From positions 178,622,001 to 178,686,000 of the forward strand of contig NC_042997.1 in assembly GCF_006345805.1 (NCBI RefSeq): a stretch of 64,000 bases of DNA. Direction: 5' to 3'. Shown here in pieces: positions 42,756 to 57,278 of the stretch. The DNA comes from Octopus sinensis (Eukaryota). Every line of letters begins with the position of its first letter. Within the stretch, counting starts at the first letter, position 1. The position numbers were made by a program, and so were the translations under genes. Under the pieces are notes generated by a model. It was not told the DNA's origin. It saw only the letters and a program-made list of their open reading frames with translations, and searched no databases.

Positions 42756-44747
42756 TATATATGTATATATTTATGTCCATATGTCAGTCTATCTGTCTAT
42801 CTATACATAAGAATATAGAATATCGGCTAATATAAAAGTTCCCAGAGCGAGTTCTGGAAACCAATTTACAATTTCCATTCTGCGAATGCATATTAGAGTA
42901 CTTTCATAAGCGGAATTATCATCAGTAAATTCCCATTCGCACAATTTTCGAAAATTCTACAGCTTTTACTACTTTTAATGAAATCGATTTTTATTAATCT
43001 GGCGGACAGCATTGAAGAATTAAAAACAAAATCAAAAAAAAAACCATGTTTTTTTAGGAATTTAGAAAAATCATTTAGTGAATATATTTCAATTTAACTG
43101 GTGTTTAGAGAAGGTTGAGTTCTGGTCTCAAGCAAATAACTTTTTCAACGATGTATGTATGTATGTATACATGTATGTGTATATGCTTGCATATATATAT
43201 GTATGCATGTGTGTATGCTTGCATGTATATATGTATGCATGTATGTATACATATATGTATATATGTATGTATGTAGGCAGTTATGTGTGTTTGTACGTGT
43301 TTAAGTTTGTATGTATCTATGTATGTGTGCATGTAGGTTTGTATGTATGCATGTATGCATGTATGTATGTATTTATCTGTCTACATGTATATCTATCTAT
43401 ATATCTATCTATCTATTTTGCCTTTCTTATTTTTCTTTAGCAGTCGATTTGTTTTGGCCCTGCCGAAGATAGATATCATGGTGAGGGTGGTTCCTATACT
43501 TCCAGCCCATCACTCGATAAAACTGAACCATGAACGCACCCACATGCATGTCTGAAACAGCTCTAAGTCTATAATACGCAACTTTATATAACCTATTATT
43601 TCATACTATCATATATATGGCTTTCATCCTCAAATTTACTGAAGTGTATTATATATATATAACTAAGCCTATATAAGTAAACACTTTCGACATTAAACAT
43701 AGACTTCCTTTTAAATGGCTCCGTAGTTCCATGGAAGCCACCAGTTTTCGAGTACAAGTCGTTCACAGAAGAAACTGTTGTAAGCTTATGAAAAGTGATA
43801 GCATATAATTCCTGTTCTTTTGTCATCTCTCTCTCTATATATATGTACACATGTATACATATGTATACTTATATAAATGTGTTCTCGTGCATGAGTGAGG
43901 AAGTGAAGCAGATAAAAATTAAGAACAGTAATGAAAGAATTGCTTTTCATTCCACAGGTTAAATTATAGCTAAATAAATGGGACACTCCAGTTTTTATTC
44001 TAATAAAATTTTAACTCAAATGAAATAATTTAAAGAATTGTGAACTCATTGTTCGCTTGAATATGTGGAAGTCGAAAAGAGTGCTAAAAAATGACCTATT
44101 CGATTATTATCATTGTTTGCTAGACAGTAGAGTTTTTCATAACTATTCTGCATACATATATAAAGAAGTGAAGTTTTATTTGCCATAAGGCCATCCTTAT
44201 TTTCAACTATCTTACTATTTACCCTGTCAGAAGTTTAAGCATTCATTACTAGCTTTCGATCGTCTCTAATCAGCCTGGATCCTTTACATTATGCAAAGAC
44301 CCATATTTGTTATTATAGCTACTATTTCTAGTAGTCTGTAGTATCACTTAGAGATTTTTTTTCTAAATTTACTAGCTAATATTTCCAAGAAAAATGGAGG
44401 ATTTATCGAAAACTCAGAGCTTTACATAAATATGAAAATAACGCCAGAGTTTGTGATGTCATAATAACTTCTATTGTATATTATGTTTAAGTAGATGCAG
44501 AAATTGTTAGAAATATGTATAAAAGAAAAAGAGATATTGTTCTTATAGTGACGTGCAGTTATTAATTTATTTCAAAGGAAATAAACTAATTAAAAAACCA
44601 CTAAGTATGTTCTCTGTTATGGATGAATAGCTAAGATGAATAGCTAAGTTTAGTTCAATAGCTACGAAACACTTCAAATGACTTATTGACTTATAATAAT
44701 CTAGTTTTCGATATACAATATATATAATATATATATATATGCATATA

Positions 44748-44806
<59 letters not shown>

Positions 44807-44822
44807 ATATGTATATATATAG

Positions 44823-44855
<33 letters not shown>

Positions 44856-44908
44856 ATATGTATGTATGTATATATATATGTATATATATATATGTATGTG
44901 TATATATA

Positions 44909-44995
<87 letters not shown>

Positions 44996-44997
44996 TA

Positions 44998-45067
<70 letters not shown>

Positions 45068-45633
45068 GTATAATATGTGTGTGTGTAGTTACACATATAC
45101 ATATCTATCTCTAACAGTTGGATGATTTCTGACTTGCTAAATCTAGGAATTATATATTTTAAATTTGATTTCATTCTTATGATAGCTCACTATGTTTTTA
45201 AAGATATTTTTCTTCCTCTTTTTTTTTCTAAATTTTTCAGTAATATTTATCAACAGGTTGATTATCAAAAAAAAAAAAAAAAAAAAGAAAGAAAGAAAGA
45301 AAGCAACGGAATGACTTCTCCATCTTTTCAACACTTTAAACAGATTGAGAATAAGCGAACAGTCAATAAAACGGAAAGAAATGAAAAAGAAAAAAAAATA
45401 CCAAACTGCAAAATAGAAGACGGATTTGAAATTGGAAAGCTGATATATATCCGATGATTCTGATGATACAAAAGCATTATAAGACAGAATAATTAGATTA
45501 TTTTCTAATGATGCTTATATCTAACTTGAGTGGTGTAATGCTATAAACATCAGACAGCTGCTTGATATGTGATTATATGTGTGTGTGTGTGAATGTATAT
45601 ATATATACATATATATAAATACATATATATGTG

Positions 45634-45671
<38 letters not shown>

Positions 45672-47240
45672 CATATATATATGTATATTTATGTTTGTGT
45701 ATATATATATATGCATATATATATATAATATATATATATATATGCATTCATACACACACATGCCTATATATATATATATATATATATGCATATACACACA
45801 TGCCTATATATATATATATATATATATCTATATATATATATATATATATATACTTTTTGTTATACAACTCTTGACACATCCAGCTATCCAGCTACCAACA
45901 GATGTAAAGGACAGAATGCACAGCTTTTAAAGAAATGGTGCCATAACATATTCTTAACATCCGATCACATGCAAAACGGATCATGGTAAATCTAGATGTT
46001 TATTATATCTAGCTGAAGCTAAATAACTGGTAATAGAAATTACAGACACAAACTCCCTTCCACACAGTTATATATAATATATATATGTGTGTGTGTGTCT
46101 CTATATGTAGATAGATAGAAAGATTAATAGATAGAAGGATAGATACATAGATAGATATATATACAAAAGTGTTGAGGAGTGAGGATTAATCGATGCCATT
46201 GAACCCAGTACCCGACTGATACTTAAATTCATCGAACTAGAACGAATGAAAGGAATAGTTAGTATTAATATATTACAATATATGAAACTAGCCAGAAAGT
46301 GTATAGTAATTATAACTTCATGTTGATCATAATTAAATATTTAAAATTAAATGGAAAGTGAAAAGTTTCCGTTATTAAAAAATTGTTTTGTATACCGGCA
46401 TTTTGAATGTTATCCAGCAACTGAATGATTCAATTCATGCAATTGGCAAATTTGAATTGTTTCCCTCAGCTCATTTCTTTTCAAATTATGCAAATTATTC
46501 CGAGAAAAACTATTTCTAACTATTTTTCTGTATGTGAAATCTGTCATCTGAACGTCAGAACTTGGTGTGACTACATTATGTTGATGAGGTATAATAGACT
46601 GAAGCATGTCCTTAGTATTCCTCGCCTGCATTCAATAATCACAGACATGTAAACTGATTTTGTTTTTCGAGAGATCGATTCCAATTTCTTAAAGAATTTT
46701 ATCTTTGCGAATTGTAATTATAGTTTTTGATTTCTTTTTCTCTTAAAAATTCAAACTATTTAAAAATGTTTTTTGTTCGGTATTTCGTACGTCACCCTTA
46801 AATCTAAATATGCTGGGTATGCTTTGCTATATTTAGTTTTGAATTACTATGCCTTGAGTCCAAATATCCGCCTTCTAAGGTGTGACTGCATCTTTTGTGC
46901 TTTTGGGGCTGATAATATAAGTAACATTTGAATATTTGGAACGATATAATCAGCTATACCCCTCTCTCAGATTCGAGACCTCGTGCTTATATAAGACATC
47001 AATATAATAATCAAGCAATCAGAAAAAAAAATGCTCACCAATCTAATAGCTGAAGAGAATTATGTGCGTGTACTCACAAATCGTTCGTGAGTAGTCTAAC
47101 AATATATCAGTATAGAAATATTCGTATGTACATATATCACATACAAAACACATAAATACGTGTAATGATTTGCTGCTAAAAGGCAAACAAGACGACATAG
47201 ACCAACAGTAGCAGCAACAACAAAAACAACAACAACAACA

Positions 47241-47307
<67 letters not shown>

Positions 47308-47673
47308 GACCGGGGATACTTATACTTATTTTATCGGATCAAAAATGTTAGATAAATGTGGTGAGTTGGCTAATCGTTTCAATGTTGGATAAAATTCGAA
47401 GACATGTAGTGACATCAGTTTCATAAACGGATTATCTTGTCTCTTTCGAACAAGAGACAATGGCTGAAATCCTGATTGATTTCGCTTTAAGGATGGATGA
47501 GAGTATAAAACCTAATGGCCACAAATCTTCATTTGAGGAACATCTGTGACTGTTGTGGTTTATAACCTCATTTGCGTCGGATATTGTATTACCTCTAAAA
47601 TACATTGTGTCGGTCGCTTGTCGACAAAAAAAAAAAAGATAGTAAGCGAAGAAAAACGAGAAGAGAAGGAGGC

Positions 47674-47716
<43 letters not shown>

Positions 47717-47724
47717 TAATAATA

Positions 47725-47811
<87 letters not shown>

Positions 47812-47819
47812 TAATATTA

Positions 47820-47855
<36 letters not shown>

Positions 47856-48381
47856 TGATGATGATGATGATAATGATGATGATGAAAACACTCCGACGAT
47901 ACTTGAACTCAAGCCATAAAAATGTATACAAATTTTATTATCGTTCTTTTGATTCCAACCAATCACCGTTCTGATAGTGATAAAAGCACAAGACTTCACA
48001 CTTGATTGCTACTTATTTTATCGATTCAGATACAATGGAAAGCAAGTTGATCCCGACGGGAATTGCATTTCGAGTGTCTACGTCTGAAATTAAATAGAGC
48101 AATGCATTTTGTCCGTTCGTGCCAGTTAGAACTTCCCGGTACAAAGACAGTAACAAGCATAATAATTTCTTAGAGTTAGAGTTACACGAGGTCTCTTGTC
48201 TGGAGGAGAATTATATCAATCCTGTAATTGCTAGGCATTTTATTTTATCGAGGCTTAAAGTATGTGGAGCCAAACTTGGACTCGGCGGGGTTTGAATTCA
48301 AATCAAAACTAGCAGTGACTAAACACTATTAGGTTTTTTTTTAATGAGCTAACACTTCTGGCACTGCCTTAAATGATAACA

Positions 48382-48413
<32 letters not shown>

Positions 48414-48446
48414 AGCAACAACAAGAACAGAGGCAACAATAATAAT

Positions 48447-48659
48447 GATTTCAAATTTTTGGCACAATGCCAGCAATTTCGGGCGAGTGAATAAATCGAT
48501 TACATCGACTCTAGTGTTTAACTAGTACTTATTTTATCGACCCAGAAAGGATGAAAGGCAAAGTCAACCTCGGCGGAATTTGACCACACAACCTAAAGAA
48601 GGATGAAATGCCGCTACGCTTTTTACCCAGTGTGCTAACGACTCTGCCATCTCGCCGCC
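48447..48659 (-). mobile_element. SINE family A
   Basis: Reverse complement head ggcggcgagatggcagagtcgttagcacactgggt; abuts the (TAA)n tract preceding the Dong-like element. Confidence 0.9.
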
Positions 48660-48664
48660 TTATA

Positions 48665-48740
<76 letters not shown>

Positions 48741-48743
<3 letters not shown>

Positions 48744-51700
48744 TGGTCTAGGGAAAAATGGTCTAGGGAAGATAATAAAGAAGTTCTTGAGGCCTTCTAC
48801 CATGCCATATATTTCCCCACAGATAAGTCTAGCACTGTACAAGCATACTTAAACTGGAGACAGAAACATCCTGAAGTAAGACCCTACATAGACAGTAACA
48901 AGCTTGCCAATGTTAGAAGAAACATTATAAAAAAGAAATTACTGACTGAAGTAGAGATTGATCAGGTTAGACAAGCAATATCGGATAAAATGAACGAAGC
49001 TGCAGCTAGAGAAGATAATACAGAGGAAATGATTATAGACCAGCTCAGGGCGGATAAAAACGAAGAGAGGATTGAAAGAGTTAGTATAAGTGATAGGCAA
49101 AGTGAAATACGCCCTGAACCAATCATAAACACTAAGACAGATGAGCATCAAATAGATAAAGAAAGTCACACAAATATTGACCCAACAGAACTACATGAGC
49201 TAAAAATCAAATCATGATTGAATGGCTGAAAATTAAAGAAACCAGCATGGATGAGCGTGATACACTTCCTAAAATCCGCAACTCTAACCAAAACATGAAA
49301 ATAATTGGTAAAATCCGGCTTGCACTTAAGGATATAATTTCAGTTAATGATGTTGATATCACAAACCTCAACCACCTATACTATGCATCCGCGAAAATCT
49401 CAACGATCCTATGTGGTGTAAAGATTAGAAAACGGCAACAGTCCCACAAAAAGCCTTCTTGGCAAGAGCGTCTGCAACAACAAATTAAAGTATTTAGATC
49501 TGACATTGAATATTTGAAAAACCTTAAGGCTCACAAGACTACCAAACCTACAAAAACCCAAACATTACTGAAAAATACAATATGAAAACTATACTTGATA
49601 TTGATGCCACCATAGAAACCATCAAACAAAAGGTATCTGCCAAAGCTGCCCGCATAGCGAGGTATGAAAAGCGTGTTAGATTTTTCAAGGACAACAACAT
49701 GTTCAAAAATAACACCAAGAATTTTTACAGGAAGATAGGAAAAACAGCGTTTACTGCAGGGTCTGTACCATCAAAAGAAGAAGTGCAGAGATTTTGGAAT
49801 AAAATCTGGGCAGAAGAAAAAACACACAACGAAAAGGCCCCCTGGATTGACAGAATATCTACAGAACTGGACCCCTTAGAAGAGCAAAAGTGGAGGGTGT
49901 CAAGGTAGAAGATATAAGATCTGCTCTCAGGAGGTCAAGCAAATGGAAGTCTCCAGGAAGGATAAAATTCCTAACTTCTGGCTGAATGCCTTCCCAGAGA
50001 GCCATGAACTGCTAACAGAACTGTACAATGATGTTTTGCAACACCCTAGTAGGATGCCTCTTTGGCTAGTTAATGGGTTAACATTCCTGCTTCCAAAAAG
50101 TGAAGAAACAAATGAACCAAAAAACTATAGACCCATAACCTGCTTAACAACTATGTACAAAACACTAACATCTGTCCTGACGGAATATACCTATAGTTTT
50201 TTAACAGACAGCAGCATATTCCCTAATGAACAGAAAGGATGTAAACGTGGATCCTACGGCTGTAAAGACCAACTACTCATCAATAAGATGATCTTAGAAG
50301 ATTGTCACAAACGACACAAAAACTTATCAATAGCCTGGATAGACTATAAAAAGGCTTTTGATAGCCTACCACATAGCTGGATTAGGAAATGCCTTGAAAT
50401 GTATAAGATAGCACCAACTTCTTGACTGTAAGTATGAGATCATGGAGAACTACACTAACTCTGAACAGTGACAGTGAATCCCTAAATGCTGGTGATGTAA
50501 AAATTTCGTGTGGCATTTTCCAGGGTGACTCACTGTCACCACTCCTCTTTTGTCTATCCTTAATACCTCTCTCAAAGCTGCTCAATGACGCGCAGTACGG
50601 GTATAAAATGTTTGATAAAAATATAAATCATCTCGTTTACATGGATGATTTAAAGCTTTTTGCAAAAAATGATCAACAACTCATGGGCTTACTAGCGATA
50701 GTCAAACAATTCAGTGACGACATCAGAATGCAATTCGGCCTCGATAAATGTGCAAAGGCTACCTTTATCAAAGGAAAAATGACAGAAACATCTAACGTTA
50801 ACCTTGACCAACAGAATGTCATAAAAGAACTAGACCCAGCGGAGAGCTACAAGTACCTAGGGGTAATTGAAGGGAACGGAATAAGGCATTCAGAGATGAA
50901 GGAAAGGATCAGGAGAGAATGCTATCGAAGAGTGAGAGCAATACTCAAGACAGAGCTGAATGCAAGAAACAGGATCGAAGCAATCAATGCATTAGCTATA
51001 CCAGTCGTGACTTACAGTTTCAATATTGTTAACTGGTCAATTACTGAAATATGTCAGCTCGACAGAAAAATAAGGAAACTGTTGACAATGCATAGAATGC
51101 ACCACCCTAAGGCAGATACAGAACGACTCTATCTGCCAAGAAAAGAGGGAGGCCGTGGTCTTTTGCAACTGGCAATAACAATGAAGATTGCTACAATTGG
51201 CCTAGACACCTACCTGAAAAACTCTGAGGACTGGATGTTAAAACTTGTCTCAAAACATGAAAACAAGAAAGCATCATACTCAGTCACAAAACAGGCAAAG
51301 GAATATCTAAGTGAATTCCGAATACAACCAATTTCGGAATTAGAGATAGACATACAAGAAACAAGCACAGAAAAAGCTAGGCGCATGAAAACCCGTGCCA
51401 AAACTGCGGCCTTAGATATTCTGAATAATAAATGGCAAGAAAAACCTCTCTATGGCAAATACCCAAAGAGAGCGAATAATGCAGATATCGACAAAGCCCT
51501 GACCCATCAATGGCTAATGGCCTCTGGCTTAAAATCTGAAACAGAGGGGTTTATCATAGCAGCTCAAGATCAATGCCTACCAACAAGAAACTACCAGGCC
51601 AACATATTAAAGATCAGAAGCAGTCCAACGTGTCGTGTATGCAAGCAACAAAATGAAACCATTGACCATGTGGTCTCCAAGTGCAGTCTTCTAGCGCCTA

Positions 51701-52196
51701 CAGAGTATCTCAACAGGCACGATAGAGCTGCACAATATATTCACTGGGTAATCTGTAAAAACCTGGATTTGCCCCATGAAAAAACTGGTGGGAACACAAA
51801 CCACCCCCAGTGTTTGAAAATGACCACATCTCACTCCTCTGGAACTTCACCATTCAAACTGACAGGAAGATAGATGCAAATAGGCCAGACATCATATTGA
51901 AAGACTTCAAACAAAGAACATGCCTCCTCATTGATATGACTGTCCCAATCGATATAAACGTATCTGTCAGGACCTACCAAAAACTGAGCAAATATAAAGA
52001 TCTTGAAATAGAAATCAGCAAAATGTGGAAGCTGAAGACTAAAACAATACCTGTTGTCATAGGTGCCCTGGGAATGATAGCAAAAGGGGCTGATAGCTAC
52101 CTAACTCAGATACCAGGAAACACAAAAATGGCAGAAGTTCAAAAGATAGTGCTCATGGGAACTGCTCATATCCTACGCAAAATACTCTCTATGTAA
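48741..52196 (+). pseudogene. RT / restriction-like endonuclease polyprotein (~1150 aa after repairing six frameshifts)
   Basis: N-terminal KWSREDNKEVLEAFY. RT motifs NYRPITCL, QKGCKRG, WIDYKKAFDS, GIFQGDSLSPLLF, YMDDLK, FGLDKC, YKYLG. CCHC finger CRVCKQQNETIDHVVSKC, RHD, endonuclease RPDIILKD..LIDMTVP..KLSKYKDL. Stop at 52194-52196. Confidence 0.95.
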
Positions 52197-52411
52197 CCTC
52201 AAGGTTTAAAACAACCATAATTTTCGGTTTAAAAAAAAAAAAAAAAAAAACTTTTTTTTTTTTAGACATTCATTAGTACACATCCCCACCCCCCAAATAT
52301 ATGGCACACTAGGCATAACAACAACATGAACTTCCAACCCTGTTGTCTCTTGAGGTCTCTGGGTGAGACTTGGAGCCAACTTGTACAAATATAAAGCAAA
52401 AGTCAAACATA

Positions 52412-52412
<1 letters not shown>
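48741..52412 (+). mobile_element. Near full-length R4/Dong-clade non-LTR retrotransposon inserted in (TAA)n
   Basis: A single long reading path, ~215-nt 3' UTR, and (TAA)n at 48662-48740 and 52413-52448. R4/Dong-clade elements are known to target TAA repeats. Confidence 0.95.
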
Positions 52413-52448
<36 letters not shown>

Positions 52449-52878
52449 TGTTTCAATTTTTGTCACAAGGGCAGCAATTGTTTGGAGAGGGGGTGAGTAG
52501 ATTACATTGACCCCAGTGTTTAACTGGTACTTATTTTATCGACCCCCGAAAGGATGAAAGGTAAATTCGACCTCGGTGGAATTTGAACTCAGAACAACCA
52601 CCGGGTGAAATACCGCTAAGCATTTCGTCCAGCGTGCTAACAATTCTTATTTCTTTATTGCCCACAAAGAGCTAAATATAGAGGGGACAAACAAGGACAG
52701 ACAAAGGGATTAAGTCGATTATATCGACTCCAGTGCGTAACTGGTACTTATTTAATCGACCCCGAAAGGATGAAAGGCAAAGTTGGCCTCGGCGGAATTT
52801 GAACTCAGAACGTAGAGGCAGACGAAATACCACTAAGCACTTTGCCCGGCGTGCTAACGATTCTGCCAGCTCGCCGCC
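52449..52878 (-). mobile_element. SINE family A, dimer-like copy
   Basis: Same head, body, linker and second-body layout as 3311-3706, in reverse. Confidence 0.9.
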
Positions 52879-53239
52879 TTTAATAAAATCGGTAATAAGG
52901 ATTTCTTTACTTGCCACTGGCGTGGTTATGAAGGCAATTTACAAAAAAAACAAAAGCGACGCTGTATGCAGAGTTGATTATGAAAAAATGAAACAGTTAT
53001 GGAAAAAATATACAAAAAGTATAAAATGAGGCATTCCATTAGCAGGAAAACCACCAAGGGCTAATCAAGGAACCCCAAAGATATAGAATTACCCTGAATA
53101 TAATTTCTGACATTGGCACAATGCCGCAAATTTTGTTGGAGAATGTAGTCGACTAGATTAGATTAGATTGGCACAAAGATATTATGTAATCACGAACCAA
53201 CATGTAAAATTCGCACTACAAGGCACTGTACAATATTAT

Positions 53240-55275
53240 GAGAGAGCTTCTGCGTAGTTCTTACAGCTCGACCTGTAAGAAATAGCAATCAAGTCTTCCT
53301 CAAATCAGACCCTGTCGTTTTAAACACAATGTTACATTGGATAATGCTATTCTAGATTGACTGCATCTGAAAAAATGGGATGGTTAAGGCTGGAATGCCC
53401 TTTTGAACGTAGTTTTGTTTTGATCAAAGCTAACAGGGTACTAAACAACAACAAAATCAACGTAGAGTACTAGAAATACTATAAAATAATAACTTGAGAT
53501 AAGCAGACTACACAGAAGTGCGCACTTCTATGCAATGGAAGCACGCAGTAAAAATATTAGTGATAAAATGCACAAGTACATTCCAGAACCATTAATCGAA
53601 CTTGACTAGTTCACCATCCACCGGGATAGTCCCTTCATCATTATGAATAGAAATTGTACTGATAATAAAGCAACCAGTTTCCTTTAAGACAAGGCAAATA
53701 AAAATTAACAACTGATGGATGCCTGTGTATCTTTTTATAGTTTCACAAAATGCACAAAACGGTCCTAAAAAATATTCAACTAGAACGAAATACCAAACGA
53801 AGTTATGTAAAAATGTGGAAAAGGGAAACTGAAAATACTGCTAACAACTGAAATCCTTTGTAATTCGAATTAAGTCTGAAGACTTTTGAGGTACTATAGT
53901 TTATACAAAATATATATAGATTCCTTTATTAGGCAGGTAATTGCTGATATCACCAATTCGAAGCTCACTATAAAGCTGTTAAGTAGATCATCACCAGAAA
54001 TAATTAAACACTAAATGATTCTATAAATAACTACTGCAACTTTAATATACTACAAATGATTCCATGTTTGATAATCTTCAATAGCTAAACGAACAAAATG
54101 TTGAACGGGAGTATAAACCAATATGTACGGTATCGAAGGTAATACTGACATTTCTGACATTTGATAGAGTAATTAACTGTCGAGCCCATAGAATCAACAC
54201 ATTTCTGGAGCCCATATTATTGCTTCGAATCTGTGTAGGATATTTAAACTGAGAATATAGCGAGACAAAAGTTAAAAGCTGTTTGTCATATTGTCTAATG
54301 CTTTACAGTGTCCGCCACTCAAGTAACTCTTGGACTCCTTTGTAACCGAGAAAAATAACGTTTTACAACTTAGCTGTTCGATAAGTAGAGAATGATTAAT
54401 TAAATACCAGACTGAAATAAGTTATGGGGCGAAGATAGTGGTAATGTAGCATGCCAGCAGTCCAAAAACTAAAATAGGTAAAAGTGTATGAGAATGATCT
54501 AGAAGCAGACATTAACGAAAATAAAGGAAAAAAATCCCCCTTGATCTTTGAATATCAACTTGAGAACTTCATGTTGTAAATATAAAGTAGACTTTATCCA
54601 TTCGCAAGCAAGACCTATGTTAGAACTTGAACTCTTCAACTTTATGTATCATTCATTGAGCCAACGTTTTGTTAGAAATAGCAACCAAATCTTTCTCAAA
54701 TCACACTCTATTGTTTTAAGAGAGATAAAACCCGAAAAATGTGGTTGTTGATGCAATTAGACTTTGTTACAGATATATTATCGACTAAGTGGTCATGGTT
54801 AGAATACCTTCATTCATCATGACTGAGCTTATATAAGACTAAGAAATAACAATAACAAAAGACACAGTCATGAATTAACAAAAGCGACAAAAACAATAAC
54901 AACAACGACACCATTACTACTAATCTCCAGCAATAAAAGCAACAACTATAACAGCGAAACCCATTCCAAATGATACAGTACTCTGATAGCTTTCAGTTGT
55001 TAGTCACACCGTTCCATAATATCTCATGTGAGTTTCATAGACCGTGCCATTTGAAAGACTAAAATATAAGTGCCAACGAAGAAGCCACTACGCGGTATTT
55101 TGAAGGGTAGAGATAGCACCCAAGTTCTACCAAATCTCACATAGCATTCTTAAAAGAGGAAGGGTACATTGCGTAATGTAGTTTTACTTACAAACAAAAG
55201 AAAAAAATTCTGGAATAGCGTAGGAATAGCGTCTGCTGAATCAGAGTTCACCATATATTAAACAACACAACAACA
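53240..55275 (+). mobile_element. Three decayed copies of another short interspersed repeat (about 53240-53460, 54660-54860, 55040-55275), each ending in CAA-rich tails
   Basis: Shared a(a/g)atagca.ccaa.t.t..c.caaatc(a/t)cac motif and collinear downstream sequence. Confidence 0.55.
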
Positions 55276-56027
55276 ACAAAAGCAATGAACTTCAACACAG
55301 CATCAGTAGCAGCCGTTCAAGAATTTGGACCTGGAGATCTCCATTTCCAGCGACTTCGAGGGTCACCTCCCAGTGGTGTCGGGCGTCAACGAAGAGCCCT
55401 CGACTACAAGACGACCAAAGTATTTTTTTCTTCCTAGGTCTGGGGTCTCATGCCCCTAAGACCTAGACCATCACCTAATCACCCTTACCCGTCTTGTTGT
55501 TTAACAACACAACAACAACAACAACAACAACAACAACATCAACAGCAACTACAACGAGCAATGGCAGGACAGGAATTCAACCTGCATGAATTTGACTTAG
55601 AAGATACGTGAAATTGAAAGAAATGACATAATACACGCGTGGGCGCATATACACACACAGTGACACACACACACGCATACACTCACACACATACACACAC
55701 ACTCACGCACACACACACTCATACACACACACACACTCACAAACACTCACACACATAAAAACACATCATTTGTAAATTACAATAAGTGTTTTAGGTTCGA
55801 ATCAGAACTGCATCAGTGGCGGACAATTCATTGAAGCAATACAGGGCCTCACGAGCAATAAATAAAAAAAATACACGGCAAAATAACATGGCGACAGCTA
55901 TGACACCAGCAGCAGCAGCAGCTGGAAAGATGTGGAACCAAGGAGCAGAGGGGAACCTACGAGATCGTTTCTTGACTGAGCAATAAAAGCAGTCAAATCT
56001 TTTTTAGATCTCGACTATCTTAATCTC

Positions 56028-56240
56028 TTACGTTTTACTTGTTTCATTCGTTAGACTGCAGCCATGCTGGGGCACTGCGTTGAAGAATTTTAGTCAAACG
56101 AATCGAACCCAGTACTTACTTTTCTGTTTTGAGCCTGGTACTTATTCTATAGGACTCTTTTGGCGAAACGGTAGGTTACCAGAGGTCAAATGGCTGTAGG
56201 GAACACACAAATACACACACACAAACACATACAAACACAT

Positions 56241-56307
<67 letters not shown>

Positions 56308-56466
56308 CGATGGGCTTCTTTCAGTTTTCGTTCGCCAAAACCACTCACAAGACCTTGGTCGGCTCGAGGCCGTAGTACAAGATACCTGCCCAAAGTGCCA
56401 TGCAGTGGGACTGAACCCGGAACCACATGGCTGGAAAGCAAACTTCTTACCACACTGCTACACCTG
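56028..56466 (-). mobile_element. SINE family B
   Basis: Reverse complement head aggtgtagcagtgtggtaagaagtttgctttccagccatgtggttccgggttcagtccc; tail gtgccccagcatggctgcagtctaacgaatgaaacag. Confidence 0.85.
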
Positions 56467-56984
56467 CGCCTATATAAGAAAATATAAACAGATCAGTCAT
56501 GGCTGGAGCGCCATCATGAAAGCAGATAACTCTCCCTTACCGCCTTAAAAAGTATGTGTTGGACTACGTAATACCGGGTCCCTTATACAACTTGGGTCTG
56601 TCAGTCAGTCTTGTTTTTTTTAGGGGGTCTGAATAACTATAACAAGGTAAATAGTTATAGTAAATTCACAGATTAGTATAAATCTATAAATGTGTGAGTC
56701 TATATGTCTATATGTCTGTGTATATGCGAGTGTGTCTATATGTCTGTGTATATGCGAGTATGTGTATATAAGTGGGTGGTGATATAGTCGAAGCAATTGT
56801 CTTTAATGTATACCTTAAATTTATTTCATTAATATCTTCTGGGATAAGAGGCAGATCTAACCGTGGCAGGATTGAACTCAAGACGTTGAAGGACGGAGCT
56901 AAACACTTTTTAGATTAACTTGGAGCACTTGTGTCGACATTTAATGAAGGACAGAATGTTGGAATAAGCAAATGGTAACGATTA

Positions 56985-57177
56985 TAACGCTTTCAACTAT
57001 AGGCACAATACTTGAAGTTTCGACTGAGGGAAACAGTCGAATACATCGATTCCAATGCTCCGAAAGGAAGAAAGGTAAAATCGATCTCGGTGGAATTGGA
57101 ATTAAAAATGTAAAGATGGAGGAAATGCTGCTAAGCATTCTGCCCCGGCGTGCTAACGATTCTACCAGTTCACTGCC
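56985..57177 (-). mobile_element. SINE family A, degenerate
   Basis: Reverse complement head ggcagtgaactggtagaatcgttagcacgccgggg. Confidence 0.8.
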
Positions 57178-57201
57178 TTAATAATGATGATGATGATGAT
57201 G

Positions 57202-57264
<63 letters not shown>

Positions 57265-57278
57265 TGATAATAATAATA

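Noticed and set aside
43462-43495. Resemblance to U1 snRNA stem I (agatatcatggtgagggtggttcct)
   Set aside because: Short, gapped similarity; no ATACTTACCTG 5' end, Sm site or downstream stems.
52231-52263. A20 run in the Dong-like 3' UTR as a poly(A) tail marking the element end
   Set aside because: It is followed by a T12 run, ~150 nt more UTR including the conserved hairpin, and only then the (TAA)n junction, so it is internal.
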